Translations under genes and position numbers: made by a program
Source of the DNA: the human T2T-CHM13v2.0 reference genome, Homo sapiens
Strand: one strand, 5' to 3'
Assembly (NCBI RefSeq): GCF_009914755.1
Contig: NC_060927.1
Length of the DNA: 64,000 bases
Shown here: in pieces, positions 1-13,139 of the stretch
How positions within the stretch are numbered: the first letter of the stretch is position 1
Layout: every line of letters begins with the position of its first letter
Notes under the pieces: model-generated
The model's input: only the letters and a program-made list of their open reading frames with translations
Database searches by the model: none
Told to the model about the DNA's origin: nothing

Positions 1-3000
1 ACTGTTTAATGGGTACAGAGTTCATGTTGGGGATGAAAAAGTTTTGGCACAGATAGTGGTAATGGCTACAGAACATTGTGAATTTATTTATTGCCACTGA
101 AATGTACACTTACAAATGGTTAAAAATAAAAAGGTAAATATTATATATATTTTACCATAATAAAAATAAAAATTTTTTAAAGGGTTTAGGAAGAGGAAGA
201 AGCTAAGGGTAGTAGGAGACACTGAACTATGAATTTAGTAGCAATTAAAACAGAAAGACTTAGGGAAAAAAACCTAAAAGCCCAAAAAACAACAAAACAA
301 AAAACTTCAGGCTTCACAATACTTAAGTTCTAGTGGACTACAATATCCCTGAGTTTGTCTGTTTATTAATGATTTTACATTTGTTTCTTTCATTTTTGTA
401 ATTTTTTTGCTTTATTTTTCTGAGTTCACTTAACTCACTTTTCTTCTCTTTTTCTTTTTCTTCTTTGAGCACTTTGTCTCAATCTCAGTCTTTCTCCCTG
501 TAAGAGATCCTACTATCTTTAATTTCCTTGAGACTATGGAATACTGTTTTAAGTTTTTCTGAAGTTCTTTGAGTAATTTGTCTTGTGATATTTATTCTGG
601 ACCTACCTTTGTTCTTGTTGTCTGTTTATTTTAATGCTATGCAAAATCTCTCCTATAAATTGTTTTCTTCCTGTGACTTTTGTGATGTCACTCTCCTAAT
701 TTTAATCTTCTGTTCTTTCCTTAAAAAGTTGTTACTCCCCAGCAATTCACCTTTCACTGCATTCACACACTCTACCTTCTTGGTGAATATACCACTTACT
801 TATATGCTGGTAACAGATCACTTACTTTCAATCAGATTGTCTCCAGTGTCTACAACAGTGCCAGATCTATACAAAAAGCTCAATAAAAACATGTTCAGAG
901 AATAATTCCCGAGTCTACATTTCCATCTTTCATCTTGTTCCTGTACTCCAGACAGTCTAACTCAGCAGGTCTAAATCTTAACTCACAGGCTCTCCTATTA
1001 CCTTGCCTAACTCAAAAAACATTAACAATATGAAATAAAACAAATCTATTCTTCCTCTAGTAGCTCCCATCTGGAAGAATTATGCTAACATTTGTTAAAT
1101 TATGAAGACAGAACCTGAACATCATCCTTGACTCCTTCCATTCACTCCCGTTTCATTTTTATGTTCTGTGTGGCTACATAATGGTCTCATAGTTGAGTTT
1201 AATATCAGGAGGTGGTCATGAATTCTTGGCACTCTCTAGCTCAATGGCTCTTAACTGGAGGTAATACCCACCAAACTCCCATCCAGGAAATTTGGAAATG
1301 TGCCAGGCCTTCTGGTGGTCAAAATTAATGGGGCACCACAGACATTTAGTGGTTGGGGACCAGGAAGGCTAAATGCTGAATAACTATATCAGAAGACACA
1401 TTAAAAACTGTCTAGCCTAAATGCCAAAAATGCCAAAATATCATAGAAACGATGCATCTAGCTATTTTTTAAGCCACAAGATGGCAATAAACTCCAAGAA
1501 AGTCCTGAAAGATGTGGTTAAAAAGAAACATGTAGTTTCCAAATATCTAAACAGGAAAAAAAAAATACTTCTTTAAAAATTGAAAATGATGAGAAACACT
1601 TTCGAATGAACCAATGTATTCCAATTTTTATTTGTAATGGAGATAATGGGTAATTCTTTCCAAATAGATTACCAAAGTGGCACAAACTTTCCTACACTAC
1701 TGCCAGAAACCTCATTCTGCTAAAAAGAACATATCTAATAAATTCTTCATTTTTTAGTTATTTCATCTTTTAGAAGGTCAAGTAAACAACAGTGGCAATA
1801 GCATGCTATATAATCTTTGTCCTGTAAAGACAGCCAGCCAAATAGCTCTGGTGCCAGTTGAAGAATTAGGTCAGACATCAAACAAATACCTTTTAAAAAA
1901 ACTAGAAACAAGTGGTGGCCCATAAAACAGTAAACTTCATTTTCTTGAGTGGCTTATGAATTAGCTCCTAAGGCAATTTAAAAATGTTCTAAGGAACCGA
2001 AATAAATAAGAACCACTAATATTTTCCATGGTGACAATGTTAAAATACAATATTCTCAGACTAAGTTTTGGTATCCTTATTTAAGGAACCAATTATTTGA
2101 TTGTCATTCCTTTAAATAATATGCTTGTTTACTTTGAATGGCTTACAATACATTCTATGTTCCACAAAATACACCTAAATAGTGAGGTATAATTAAATCT
2201 CTACTTCCTAACCGAGACAGTGTAAAAGTCTACAAGTTAAGATCACTGTACTCTAAAACCAAATTGCCTGGGTTCGAGTCTTGACTCTTAACTTCTTAGA
2301 TATATAACCTTGGGCAAGTTACATAAACTCTTTGTGCCTTCATTTCCTCATCTGTAAATGCGAGTAAATAGCACCTATTTCACAAAGCTGTTGTGAAGAT
2401 ATAAAGAGGTGACACATATCGAGGACAATAGTCTGGCATATATAAAACATTCAATAAATGTTAGCAGTATTTGCTGTTCATTATTTTATTATTTACTCAC
2501 TTTTGGTTTTAAAAATTTATGCTGGTAATAGGAATTCCTTAGGTCAAGACTAAAGATGATATTAGATCTTAAACCCAGCAACCCCATCTTATATCGTAGT
2601 AGCTACAGGATAATGACCTCTAGACAAAGAATCCTAAATGAGTGCATCTCACTAGCTATCATGCCTCTACAGGCTCCAGATACGTATATTTTAGCTATGC
2701 TCCAACTATTTAATTGCTTTCCAGTTTCTTTAAAAATTTGTGTAGATCCTTGCAGGTCATATCTTACACAATGTCTATAACTTATGCAGCTGTAACACTC
2801 TCTCAGGGCACATTCGCATTGCAGTGCTGCAGAAGCACCTGATATGTACTCCAATATTTTGCAAAGTGTATTAATAAATAGACACTGAAGTGTTGGCCTT
2901 GATGGTCATCACTGAAACATTCAAAGTTAAGATATTATTGCTAATATGTGGGTGATTCCTTTTATATTTCAAGATTAGATCCCTGTTCTACATCTTTCCT

Positions 3001-3169
3001 AAACAAATTAAGAATGTAATTCCAACAAGTTAAGATGACCAAAAGAAAAAATATCAAAGAATTTTACTTTTTTCTATGTCTAAGTGTGGTGGGGCTACAC
3101 GAGTGCTTACTAAGGTTCTCCTTTCCTTCCTGGGTGTATAGAAGTAAGTATATATCTGTGACATTATTT

Positions 3170-3290
3170 TATATATTTTTATATATACATATTGTATATA
3201 AATGTGTGTGGTGTGTGTGTATGTTTATTACTGCATATACATACATACACATATATATACGTATATATACACATACATATATATATATGT
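3170..3290. repeat. Compound (TA)n/(TG)n/(TACA)n microsatellite
   Basis: Low-complexity dinucleotide tract. Confidence 0.85.
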
Positions 3291-3299
3291 TTTCATTCA

Positions 3300-4390
3300 C
3301 AGTTCCTGGCTGTCAACACCCACAGCCCTTGTTATTTGTTAAGCAGTCAAAACCAAAAACATACCTTTTATTAAAATATTTGGCCTTTTGTCCCTGGTTC
3401 CTGAAGCAGCTTCAGACCAGCTTCAGTGATAAAGGTGAAAGACAGTCGTTTGTTAATATTCAGGTACTTTAGGCCTCAGAAGCAGGCCTCAGAAAACAGA
3501 ATCTCTCTCTCTAACCTTCTCTTGCCATCCTTTCACCTGCTCCTTTTTCCTCCCCATTGTAGGCCATAGGAACTAAAAATATACTCTAATCTTCTCCCAC
3601 CTTTCTTACAGCTGGCCATAAGGAAATTCTCTGACCTACCTTGTCTGTTTGTAGGTCATAAGAACCCCATTTCTGAAGGAGACCTGCCTCATACTGAGGA
3701 GAAAGGAATGCTCCCCAGAGAGGTCAAACAGAATTTGAACAGACAGAACTTCTTGGGTTTCCCCACTCTGTCTATTAGATCATACCCTTTTTGTCAAATC
3801 ACATTTCTTCACAGCTGACCATGATTCAACCATGACTATCCAATGAAGCCTCCATAAAAGGCCCAAGAGGACAGGGTATGGAGAGCTTCCAGATAAACAC
3901 ATGGAGCTTTCTAGAGGGTGGTGCACCCACCGAGGGCATAGAAGCTCCATGCCCTTTCTCCAATACCTTGCCCTCTGCATCTCTTCATCTGTATCCTTTA
4001 TAATATCCTTTATAATAAAGTGGTAAACTAAGTGTTTCCGTGAGTTCTGTGAGCCGCTCTAGCAAATTAACTGAGCCCAAAGAAGGAGGTCAAGGGAACT
4101 TCGATTTATAGCCAATCAGTCAGAAACACAGGCAAAATAACCTGGGGCTTGTGATTGGCATTGGAAGTAGAGCTCAGTCTTGTGGAACTGAGCTCTCAAC
4201 CTGTGGGATCTGATACCATTTCCAGGTAGATAGTGTTGGAATTGAACTGGAGGACACCCAACTGGTGTCTGTTGCAGAACTGATTGTTTGCTTGCTGGTG
4301 GGGAGAAATCCCTACACATTTGGTCATATAAGTGTTCTGTGTCGATTGCTGTGGTGTGAGAGCAGAAGAAAAACAGTTTGCTTTTAACAT
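3300..4390 (+). mobile_element. MER21A-like solo LTR
   Basis: GCCTCAGAAGCAGGCCTCAGAAAACAGAATC...AATAAAG...GAGTTCTGTGAGCCGCTCTAGCAAATTAA motifs recalled from MER21. Confidence 0.75.
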
Positions 4391-4973
4391 AATGTCCCAG
4401 ACCTTTCTATTAGGCAGGGCCATGTGCCTTGTTTCAGCCTATAAAATATAAGTGGTAGCGAAACGATCACTTCTGGGTTGAGCCATGTAAGACTCCCCCA
4501 TTACCACATCCACATTCTCTTTTTCCTAGACAACACATACTGAGACAGTGGCTTCATAAAATGGAGGCAGTCTGGATCCTGAGTCACATGATGAAAGAGC
4601 CACCAATGATCCATGTTAGTCTTGGCATGAGGGAGAAAGAAACTTGCTGTGCTATGCAAATGAGATTTAGAAGTTCGTTTCTGCAGCATAACTTAGACTA
4701 GTCTGATAAATATACAGAGGTACTTCATTTTTCTGCCTACACACTACCAAGTGACAACAGGGGTAAAATAAGTGGGAGAAAATACATACAAGTGGGCAGA
4801 AGGAAGAGTTAGAGAATGCTGGAAATCTCTGAAAAATGAGGAAGAAAAGTAGAAATACAGTAAGACAGCAAATAAATTTTACTTATGAAGTCCTAGGTAT
4901 GTCATTTGCACCTTTGTTCTGGCCAGGAGACATCTTTGCATACAGACAAAAATATTCAAAGAGCAATTCTTAC

Positions 4974-5115
4974 CTTCGTAACTGAGCATTCTCACTTCTT
5001 AATGGTTGCATGGCCAGTGCTATCTCAACTTGAATATCTGTGTTTCCACTTACTGTTGGAAGTACAGATATACATGCCTCCATTTCTGTAATCAACCTCT
5101 GAATTTCTGAATCCT
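4974..5115 (-). CDS. CCDC14: CCDC14 coding exon 9 (142 nt, [47 protein letters not shown]), start of the coiled coil; gene continues beyond the window's left edge
   Basis: Acceptor ctatag|AG, donor AAG|gtaaga; phase 1 to 2. Confidence 0.93.
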
Positions 5116-5990
5116 CTATAGAAGGCAACAGAAATGAGTAAAATCAATATTATATTTTTGGACAAGATTATTAGTATGTATTACTAAAAAAGAAAATCTT
5201 TATAGATATGTACATTCTTGTTATAAATTCAACTCAATTATTTATAAATTTATTATACAGGTTCCATTTTTCTCTTTCATGCTGCTGGTATTTGTTTCCT
5301 CAGAATTCTAAAGAAATTAAGTTCAGTAAACTAAAGATTAATCTTAAATCACAGGATTATTACATAAGTGATTTTTTTTTTTCCAGTTCAAGAGTCAAGT
5401 AGGAATGTGGCTTACACAAAACTCTTAGTCCATAGTTACAAAGGACCACAGTGGACTCCTATGATTGCTATAGGGTTTCCTATAACTGGTTATAGTATTA
5501 ACATTTATAATACAACCTTTGATCCTGGCATAAGCAAACAATTTACTTTAGGGGGTTAATATGGCAAAATATTGAGTGAGGGTCTGCTAAGATAGTTTCA
5601 TTACTTAATTTTCTAAAGTAGATTGAACACAAGCAGCCACATCTCATTTGATGTGACATCAAAAGTTTGTTAATAATTGTGGACAGTAGATGTTTTTGGA
5701 GATTGCAAACAGACACAGGCATAGAAGGTAGATATTAATTCTTTTGCCTTTTATCTTTGTCCCCTCATTCCCATTCATATTTACTACGGGCTGAAAGTAC
5801 TTAAAATTATTTATTAATCATCTGATAACCTAGAAGTTGAAAGTGTATTCTAAGTTACAAAAATGTATTCAGTTTCACAGATATTTTAACATCCTCATGA
5901 AAAGTATATGTACACAGTAAACAACTGTGTTCAATGATCAAGCAGTCTTCTACCAATCTTTATTTATTTATTTATTTTGAGACGGAGTCT

Positions 5991-6140
5991 CAGTTTCCTC
6001 ATCAGTAAAATGGGAGTGGTAACAGTACCACATAGGGCTGCTGGGAGGATTAAATGAGATAATGCATATAAAACACTTAGCACTGTGCTGGACACATGGT
6101 AAGTGTTCAATAAATGACAGCTAATGGTATTATTATTATT
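5991..6140 (+). mobile_element. MIR (other MIR copies at about 2250-2490, 20540-20760, 26760-26960, 52620-52850, 62300-62500)
   Basis: CAGTTTCCTCATCAGTAAAATGGG...GGATTAAATGAGATAATGCATATAAA...TCAATAAATG core. Confidence 0.85.
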
Positions 6141-6927
6141 ACCATGATTATGTATCTGACTGTGAAAATGGTAATAAGTTGAAGGTCTGAAAACAGAGCA
6201 ATTTTAATATACTAAATCTTTGGTCTAATGGTGCTACATTTATATAGCATTTTAAGATTTTTTTTTTTTTTGGTCTGCAAACGTTAGGTATTCAATCAAT
6301 GCTTCCAAAATCAATTACTGTGTTTCCAAGATGACAAAACTGTAACTCATTTCAAGCAAAAGCCATTACTATAGAATACATATACAGAATGGAAACAAAT
6401 GAATAGAATCTGGCTCAGAAACACCTTGATTTAAGAAAAAAAGTCCTAAAAATACACTGAAAAGGGCATAAGAAGGTATGCGTTACTTCTCAAAGTGAGA
6501 TTTGTTAAACAATCTAACAGTTGGCTATTAAAGAAGTGACAGGAAAGAATTCTCTGCATCTTTTTAAAACAGGAAGAATAATCAGTCTACTCAGGGAGTT
6601 AATCATTTATAGGCATTCTCTAATTAAAATTTTTATCTGTCCAAATTCTCTTTGGTTGACTCTTTTCAAGGTCTATTATCAAGCAGAATAAATACACACT
6701 TGCAAGCAAAAGACTGAATGTTTGATATTCTCAAACGCATTTTAAATCCACAGGAAAGAAGGGATCAAAACTTAAAAAATAATACAATAAGTAGAACTCA
6801 TTTTCTTATTAGCTCAAAACACAGTTCTATGGAAAATACCACAAACTCCATTTAAATGATAGCTAAATAACATGACATTGCTATTTAGTATAACACCATA
6901 CTACAGAAAGTTATAAGTCCCATCTAC

Positions 6928-7444
6928 CTTGTTCTGCTACCAGGGCCTTGAGCTCTCCCAACAAATATTTTATAATTCTAACTTTTTCAGCTGTCTTGTT
7001 CACATTTTTTGCCTTCTGTACATCCTTCACTGTTTTTGTATCTCGCACATGTATGTTTAAATCCTTTCTTTCACTTGTGGCCTCTCTAATTTGCTCTCTG
7101 GCACATTTTTCTTCATTAGTGGCCAAGAAAGCTGGTTGTGACTGAGTAGGGCTTCGGTGTGTCTGACTGTCCAGATGCGGTTCTTTTCCATGAGATCGAA
7201 AAAGAGACAAATATGTTTGAATACATTTTAGTAGGTCTGTTTCCTTATGAATTCCTTGTTGTGGCAGAATTCCATTAACAAGGCCCAGTTGCTGCAATGT
7301 TGGAATAGCTGATATGTCAGTTTTGGGCAGGCTACATGGAACTCCAGGACTGGTATTAAATGAATTCCGTAGAACATCAGTACAGGTTGCAGAAACTGTT
7401 TTACCTTGTGATGCAAACTGACTGTTGCCATCAGTTTGAACTTC
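6928..7444 (-). CDS. CCDC14: CCDC14 coding exon 8 (517 nt, EVQTDGNSQFASQGK...IIKYLLGELKALVAEQ)
   Basis: Acceptor ctttag|GAA, donor AAG|gtagat; phase 0 to 1; overlaps ORF 6911..7297. Confidence 0.93.
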
Positions 7445-7530
7445 CTAAAGAAAGATAAAAACAAGTCTTTAGAAGTATGAGCACTCATTTGTAGGTATTA
7501 ATTACAACAAACTCAAATATATGAAATATA

Positions 7531-8101
7531 TTTATTAAAACATGTTTATTAATATATTCATTTTGTGAATATTTAATAAGTAGTTACCACTATATTTTGA
7601 GGATATACTATAGTCTGTGTAACTACTCCCATACAGTTAGACATTTAAGTAACAGCCAGTTTTTCACTGCTGAAACATTTCTGTAAATATGTTTGTGCAA
7701 AAACTTTTTGTATGTTTAAACTTATTTTCTTATGATGTAATTTCCCAAAGTGGACTAATTTTTGATGCTTTTAAACCATCTGTGGTATTTGTAAACAGTC
7801 TATTTTAGTCATGGCCTTGTAATGCTCCCATATTACAGGGTAAATTAAGCTTTAAAAAACAAGAATCTTTATTGCACTGAGGAAAAAAATCCAACTTACT
7901 TTTAAGCTAAAAATATTAGTAAGTTTCTGATATTAAAAACTTGCTTATTAATAATAATATTAATTATAAGAAACTCAAATATATGGTTACTACTCCTAAC
8001 CATATAGTAGTTACACAGACTATGGTATATCCAAAAAATACAGTATTAACAAGTTATTAAAAATTCAAAGGGTATATATTAATAAACATGTTTTTAATAA
8101 A
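7531..8101. repeat. Diverged inverted repeat of about 105 bp (arms 7531-7640 and 7996-8101)
   Basis: The reverse complement of the right arm aligns to the left arm along its length (TTTATTAAAACATGTTTATTAATATA...ATAGTCTGTGTAACTACT...GTTAG). Confidence 0.9.
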
Positions 8102-8350
8102 GTATTAAGTGAAAGCAGCAGTATATAAGACTGTATTGTTGACTTATAACTTTATTTTAAAAGGAAAGCAAATGTTAACAAATACAAACCAGAAACTAAA
8201 ACCTATACAGAGGATTAAACGATTGGAAAGAACTCTATCAGTGTGTCAACAGCAGTTGTACTTGGGTGGTCAGTATGGTTGATTTTTTTCCTCCTACTGA
8301 TCTCTTCCCCTCTTTCTCCTTCATTATTGTCATTAATAAATAGGTAAAAC

Positions 8351-8665
8351 TTTTCTTTCTTTTCTTTTTTTTTTTTTTTGAGATAGAGTCTCACTCTGTA
8401 GCCCAGGCTGGAGTGCAGTGGCGCGATCTCACTCACTGCTACCTCTGCCTCCTGGGTCCCGGTTCAAGTAATTCTCCTGCCTCAGCCTCCCGAGTAGCTG
8501 GGATTACAGGCATGTGCCACCATGCCCAGCTAATTTCTGTATTTTTCGTAGAGGTGGGGTTTCACCATGTTGGCCAGGCTGGTCTTGAACTCCAGACCTC
8601 GTGATCCACCCACCTCGGCCTCCCAAAGTGCCGGGATTACAGGCGTTTAGCCACGGCGCTCGGCC
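8351..8665 (-). mobile_element. Alu (AluS-type), full length
   Basis: Alu consensus in reverse, poly-T, TSD-like GTAAAACTTTT on both sides. Confidence 0.95.
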
Positions 8666-8815
8666 ATAAACATGTAAAACTTTTATAGCAAAAAAAAATA
8701 AACAACTGGTCTTTAAATCCTAGTGCATTAAGTTATAAGCAATAAATTCAACAGTCCCTCCTGAATGACTGCTATAAGCAAATAGTTACTTATGTAGTAT
8801 AAGAACTGTACGCAC

Positions 8816-8910
8816 AGAATGAACCTTTGGAGGGCAGGGTGGCCGCTGAAGTGACCAGACTGGGGTGGAGGTACATAAGCCATAACTAGAATGAGGAGTT
8901 GCCTGAGATT
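8816..8910 (-). CDS. CCDC14: CCDC14 coding exon 7 (95 nt, ESQATPHSSYGLCTSTPVWSLQRPPCPPKVHS)
   Basis: Acceptor ttacag|AA, donor TCT|gtgcgt; phase 1 to 0. Confidence 0.9.
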
Positions 8911-9020
8911 CTGTAAGTAAGAGGGAGAAAAAATTAATCACATATCCTACTTTTTATACAGTAACCAAGCAATTTAATTAGAACTTACACTCACGATTTT
9001 TAAACAGCATTCGTACTCAC

Positions 9021-9257
9021 CAGAATGAGAGGGAGCATGGCATGGTACAGCAGGAATTCCATTAGGGATGTTCTTTGAAGTCAAGTCATTCATCAGTGAC
9101 ATCTGAGTCTGCACGTGCTCACAGAGGGCTTGGTATATTATGGGTGAATACATTCTATAATGATCTTGCAATGACCAGTTTTGCTCTAGGTCTGATGTGT
9201 CTCTTTCACTTCTAGCAGAAGCTTCATTAGGTATCTGTTTCTTATTATCTGAAGATG
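9021..9257 (-). CDS. CCDC14: CCDC14 coding exon 6 (237 nt, [12 protein letters not shown]...[27 protein letters not shown]...HAPSHS)
   Basis: Acceptor cattag|CA, donor CTG|gtgagt; phase 1 to 1; overlaps ORF 8974..9171. Confidence 0.93.
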
Positions 9258-10329
9258 CTAATGTGGAAGAAGAAAAAAGTTCTTGAAATATGATTCTTCA
9301 AAAACTTTTACCGTAAGATTTTAAGAGAAGAAAGGGCTCTCAGAAGTAGTCCAATCCATCACATACTTCATAGAAGGGCTTTACCACTATCACCCCTACT
9401 AAAGAAAATCATCTCAAATTCTTTCTGAAAGTAATTAGTGTTTAAGTTTCCCCAGTCAAAAATCATCTATACTAATTCTTTACAATTCCCATTTTTTATG
9501 CTACTTGCCATTTGTAAAATCTCTCCTTCATTTTAACACTTCTTTTAAGGGAGTTATATTATCCCTAAAGTCCAGTCAAACTCCTTCACCTTGTTCCTTG
9601 TCAGTTCATGTTCTCAAGGGAAAATGCAATAGGAAAGAGAATAGTTTGTACAATTCTGATGCTTTGGGTCCTCAAAAACAAAACAAAACAAAACCAACCA
9701 AACAAACAAAATCTTGGCCTGGCATTTAAAGTTTCCAAAGCTTGACCACAAGCTACTTTTCCAACTATCGCCCCATCACTCCCAACTCCAATTTTTCATT
9801 TCAGGCAGGCCAATTTAGTTACCCAACAAGCTTTTCTCACCTTCCAATAACATTGTTCATGAACCATTCCTACCAATCCAATTCTACCCACTCACCAAGG
9901 CTCATCTGAGTTTTCTTCTTCCATGAAGCCTTTTCCAATCCAATCATTCCAGTCTAGTGACTACTCTTCACCACCCTAGAGCACATATTGTCTATAGAAA
10001 TCATATGCCACTGACACACTGCCTTATATTGCTTATCTTTCATCCTCCTGCCTTTCTGACTAAACCACAAGTTTCTCTAAGCAGGGCTGTACTTCATTGT
10101 TTTCTCTTACAGAACCTAGTATTAGTCTATGAACAAGGTAGAAATCGGTATTAACAAAGTAATAAGTAAAAAACAACAAAGTTTTCTACATAGCACTACC
10201 TATAGATTGGTATAACAATCTGAATACTATTTCCCTAATTAGGTCCCCTTCCCAAAGGTTTTTTAAAACACTATTAACAGAAATGAAAATATTCTGGTAA
10301 ATCATAGGTTATCAGTATACAAAATAAAT

Positions 10330-10930
10330 TTAGAAAAATATATGGATATTTGTCACACCTACCAAAGCTAAACGTACATATATTCTATGAAATAACAATT
10401 CCACTCCCAGGTATACACCAATAGAAATGAGTGCTTATGTCTACTGAAAGACATGTGCAAGAATGTTCACAGCAGCTTGATTTGCAGTAGCCCAAAGCTG
10501 AAAACACCAAATAGCCATGAATAGCAGAAATGGATAAACTGTGGTATACTCGCAGGCTGGAATACTATACAGCATTAAAAAACCAACAAAGTACTGATAT
10601 ATACAACTACCTGGATGTTTAATACACTTAAGGCTGACTGAAAGTGGTCAAACACAAGGGCGCACAGTGTTCAATCACATTTATAGGAAGTCATCAAACA
10701 GGTAAAAGTCACAAATGGAAACAGATGTCAGGAAAATGGTTACACAGGGATGAGGGTCTAGGTGATGGTGAGGGTACTGACAGGGAGGGAGCCTCGCAGG
10801 GTGCTAAAAATTGTCTGTATCTTGATCTAGGTGGTGGCTACAGGGGTGTATACGTATGCAAAAATTTATTGAGATTTATGTACTTTAAAATTATTTATGA
10901 GAAGTATTCCTTAATTTTTTAAAAAACAAA
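10330..10930 (+). mobile_element. L1M 3' end fragment
   Basis: CAATTCCACTCCCAGGTATACACCAATAGAAATG...GGAATACTATACAGCATTAAAA. Confidence 0.8.
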
Positions 10931-13139
10931 ATAATTAAAAATTTAAAAGTAGAGAATCCCTCAAATATAGTTTATTGAAAATAAAAATATTACTAAAAGT
11001 GTAAAACTTCCATGTAAAAGCAAAAACAGAAAAAGTTAAAGGCAGATTTAATACTATAACCAGTGAAAATAGAAAAAAAATTTAAAGAAAAAGACAATAT
11101 TTGACTACGAAAATGGCTGAAGATATCAGATGCTTCCCTTTTGACTTGGGGTATGCTTCCTTTTCAGATGATCTACTCCTATAAATGTACTTTCCAGACC
11201 TAAATACAAGCTTTAACACTTATTAGCTGAGTAACCTTGCGCAAATTAACTTCTCTTGACCTGTTTTTCCTCATCAGAAAAATTTTAATAATGCCTATTT
11301 TATAAGATTATTGAGAGATGTAAATGACGTAACACTTGTAAATTTCTTAAAGCAATGTCTACCACACAGTAAAAACTCAATGTTAAATATCACCAAATAG
11401 CTGCACTCTTACAATAGACAAGTAAATATATCATATTCATAAATCATACTATCTGATGTCAGTAATAAACCTCTGAACATGTCCCCTCTGAGATGATTAA
11501 AATCAAAAGTAATAAGAGTTACCTTCACTATCTGATCAGCTCAAACAAAACTGGTTAATAAACTTTTGTAAAGCAAATACTATTTCTTACCAGAAATACA
11601 ATTTTATAATAAATCAAATGGAAAAGTGCCCTCTAAAATATTTTAACTTTGAAATCTAAAATGATAGAGGGTGAGATCATAGCCCATGGCCATCTAGCAT
11701 ACCACAAGTCCTTTCCTCTTGATTCCTGGGTCTTTCCTTCTGCTCTTGGATTTCCTCTGGTCCTTAAGAATTGGCTAGTTTGAAGAATTCTCAGATTTCA
11801 CACACAGGTCACAGCATCAGGCTCTCATTTACTTTCTTTTCAAGGCGTGGTTTTCACAGTTTCTAATAAAGCTGAGCTACATTATGCCTCAGCCAGCAGA
11901 TGTCATCAACTAACATAAATTAATAAATTCCAAACCTATTTCTTCAAAATCAAAGCCTTAGAACTAAAATGACATATTCTGCTCCTTTATAAACTCAGCC
12001 CACACAAATCTCTACGGATAATGTTGAGTAACTTTACTTAACGATATGAAGTCTTAAAGCAAACAATCCAAGACAAGTTAGAAACCATAAGGGAAGGACT
12101 GCAGTTATATGACTACTACACAGTTTTAAAATAAAACAAACCAATGATCAAATGAGCCTGTTACTACACAAATACAAATGAAGTATATTTTCTTGCTCTT
12201 GTTAATTACACCAACGCACTCTACATGAAAATTTTAGCTATTGGTCTGGCAATGTTTAAGTGATGTCAGGTGATAACTAGAATTCATGAAAGGAAAGTAT
12301 TCATTTACTCAGTCCACAAAACTTTTTCAGTCCCTGAAGTCTAGCTGCTGTGCAAGCACTGTCTGACAGGAAGTTATTCCTGCCACTCGAATATAGAACA
12401 AACATCCAGTGCAGGTAAGAGCCACTAGATGCCTACTATAATTTGAAATACGTAAGAACACCTGGCCTTTATGAGTGGCAATCAATGCTCAAAGGATTTT
12501 TGCCTGTGGTTGGTTTAGTTCCCCAAGATGAAGACAGCAATGTATGTTACTAAAAGCAAAATCATGAAAGCATTCAACACAGTTATCACATGTAAAAGTT
12601 GCTTATTTAAAAAATACATATTTTTTTTAAATGCCAGAAGCACTCTCAAATAAGCTCAATACAATTCTGGAAGGGCTTCTCTGCCTCCTTAGTCCCAGAA
12701 TGCATCATGGTGTGCTTACCTGACTCCATAGGCATTCAGTGATCAGGTAGGCATTCAATGATCATATCATCCCAGATAGAAAGTACATAAGGAGGCCACT
12801 CCCCAGAAGACAGTTAACACAAAATAGCAAGATAATGTGTGTTAAAAGTAAAATAATACATGGATACTAGTTAACATGCTGTAATAGATCGCTTAAAGTT
12901 CTTTATGATTACTTCACTTGGAGACGGTAAAGAGAACAAGTTATGAGCTTGGATTTTGTGTATTTTTGAGCATTGTGGTAACAAAGCAAAATCTTGTATT
13001 ATTGGTTAACAGCTGCCAACCACACACACACACAACTAGAAACTAATTTCTAATATTGCAACCCTAAAGAAGATTGTCCTGTGGAAGTAGGTCCTTCCTT
13101 CTGATTAAGAAAATATGGGAGAAAGAACAATAAGAATAT

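Noticed and set aside
7170-7190. CCDC14 reads HGKEPHL where I recall HGKETHL
   Set aside because: Probably a common missense polymorphism; I cannot verify the reference allele from memory.
11785-11912. Minus-strand TGATGA...CTGA in CCDC14 intron 5
   Set aside because: No terminal stem or recognisable rRNA guide; these short motifs are expected by chance.
12715-12780. Strong minus-strand donor CAG|GTAAGC next to a small AGGCATTCA.TGATCA tandem duplication
   Set aside because: No convincing acceptor or reading frame; a cassette exon cannot be supported without RNA data.
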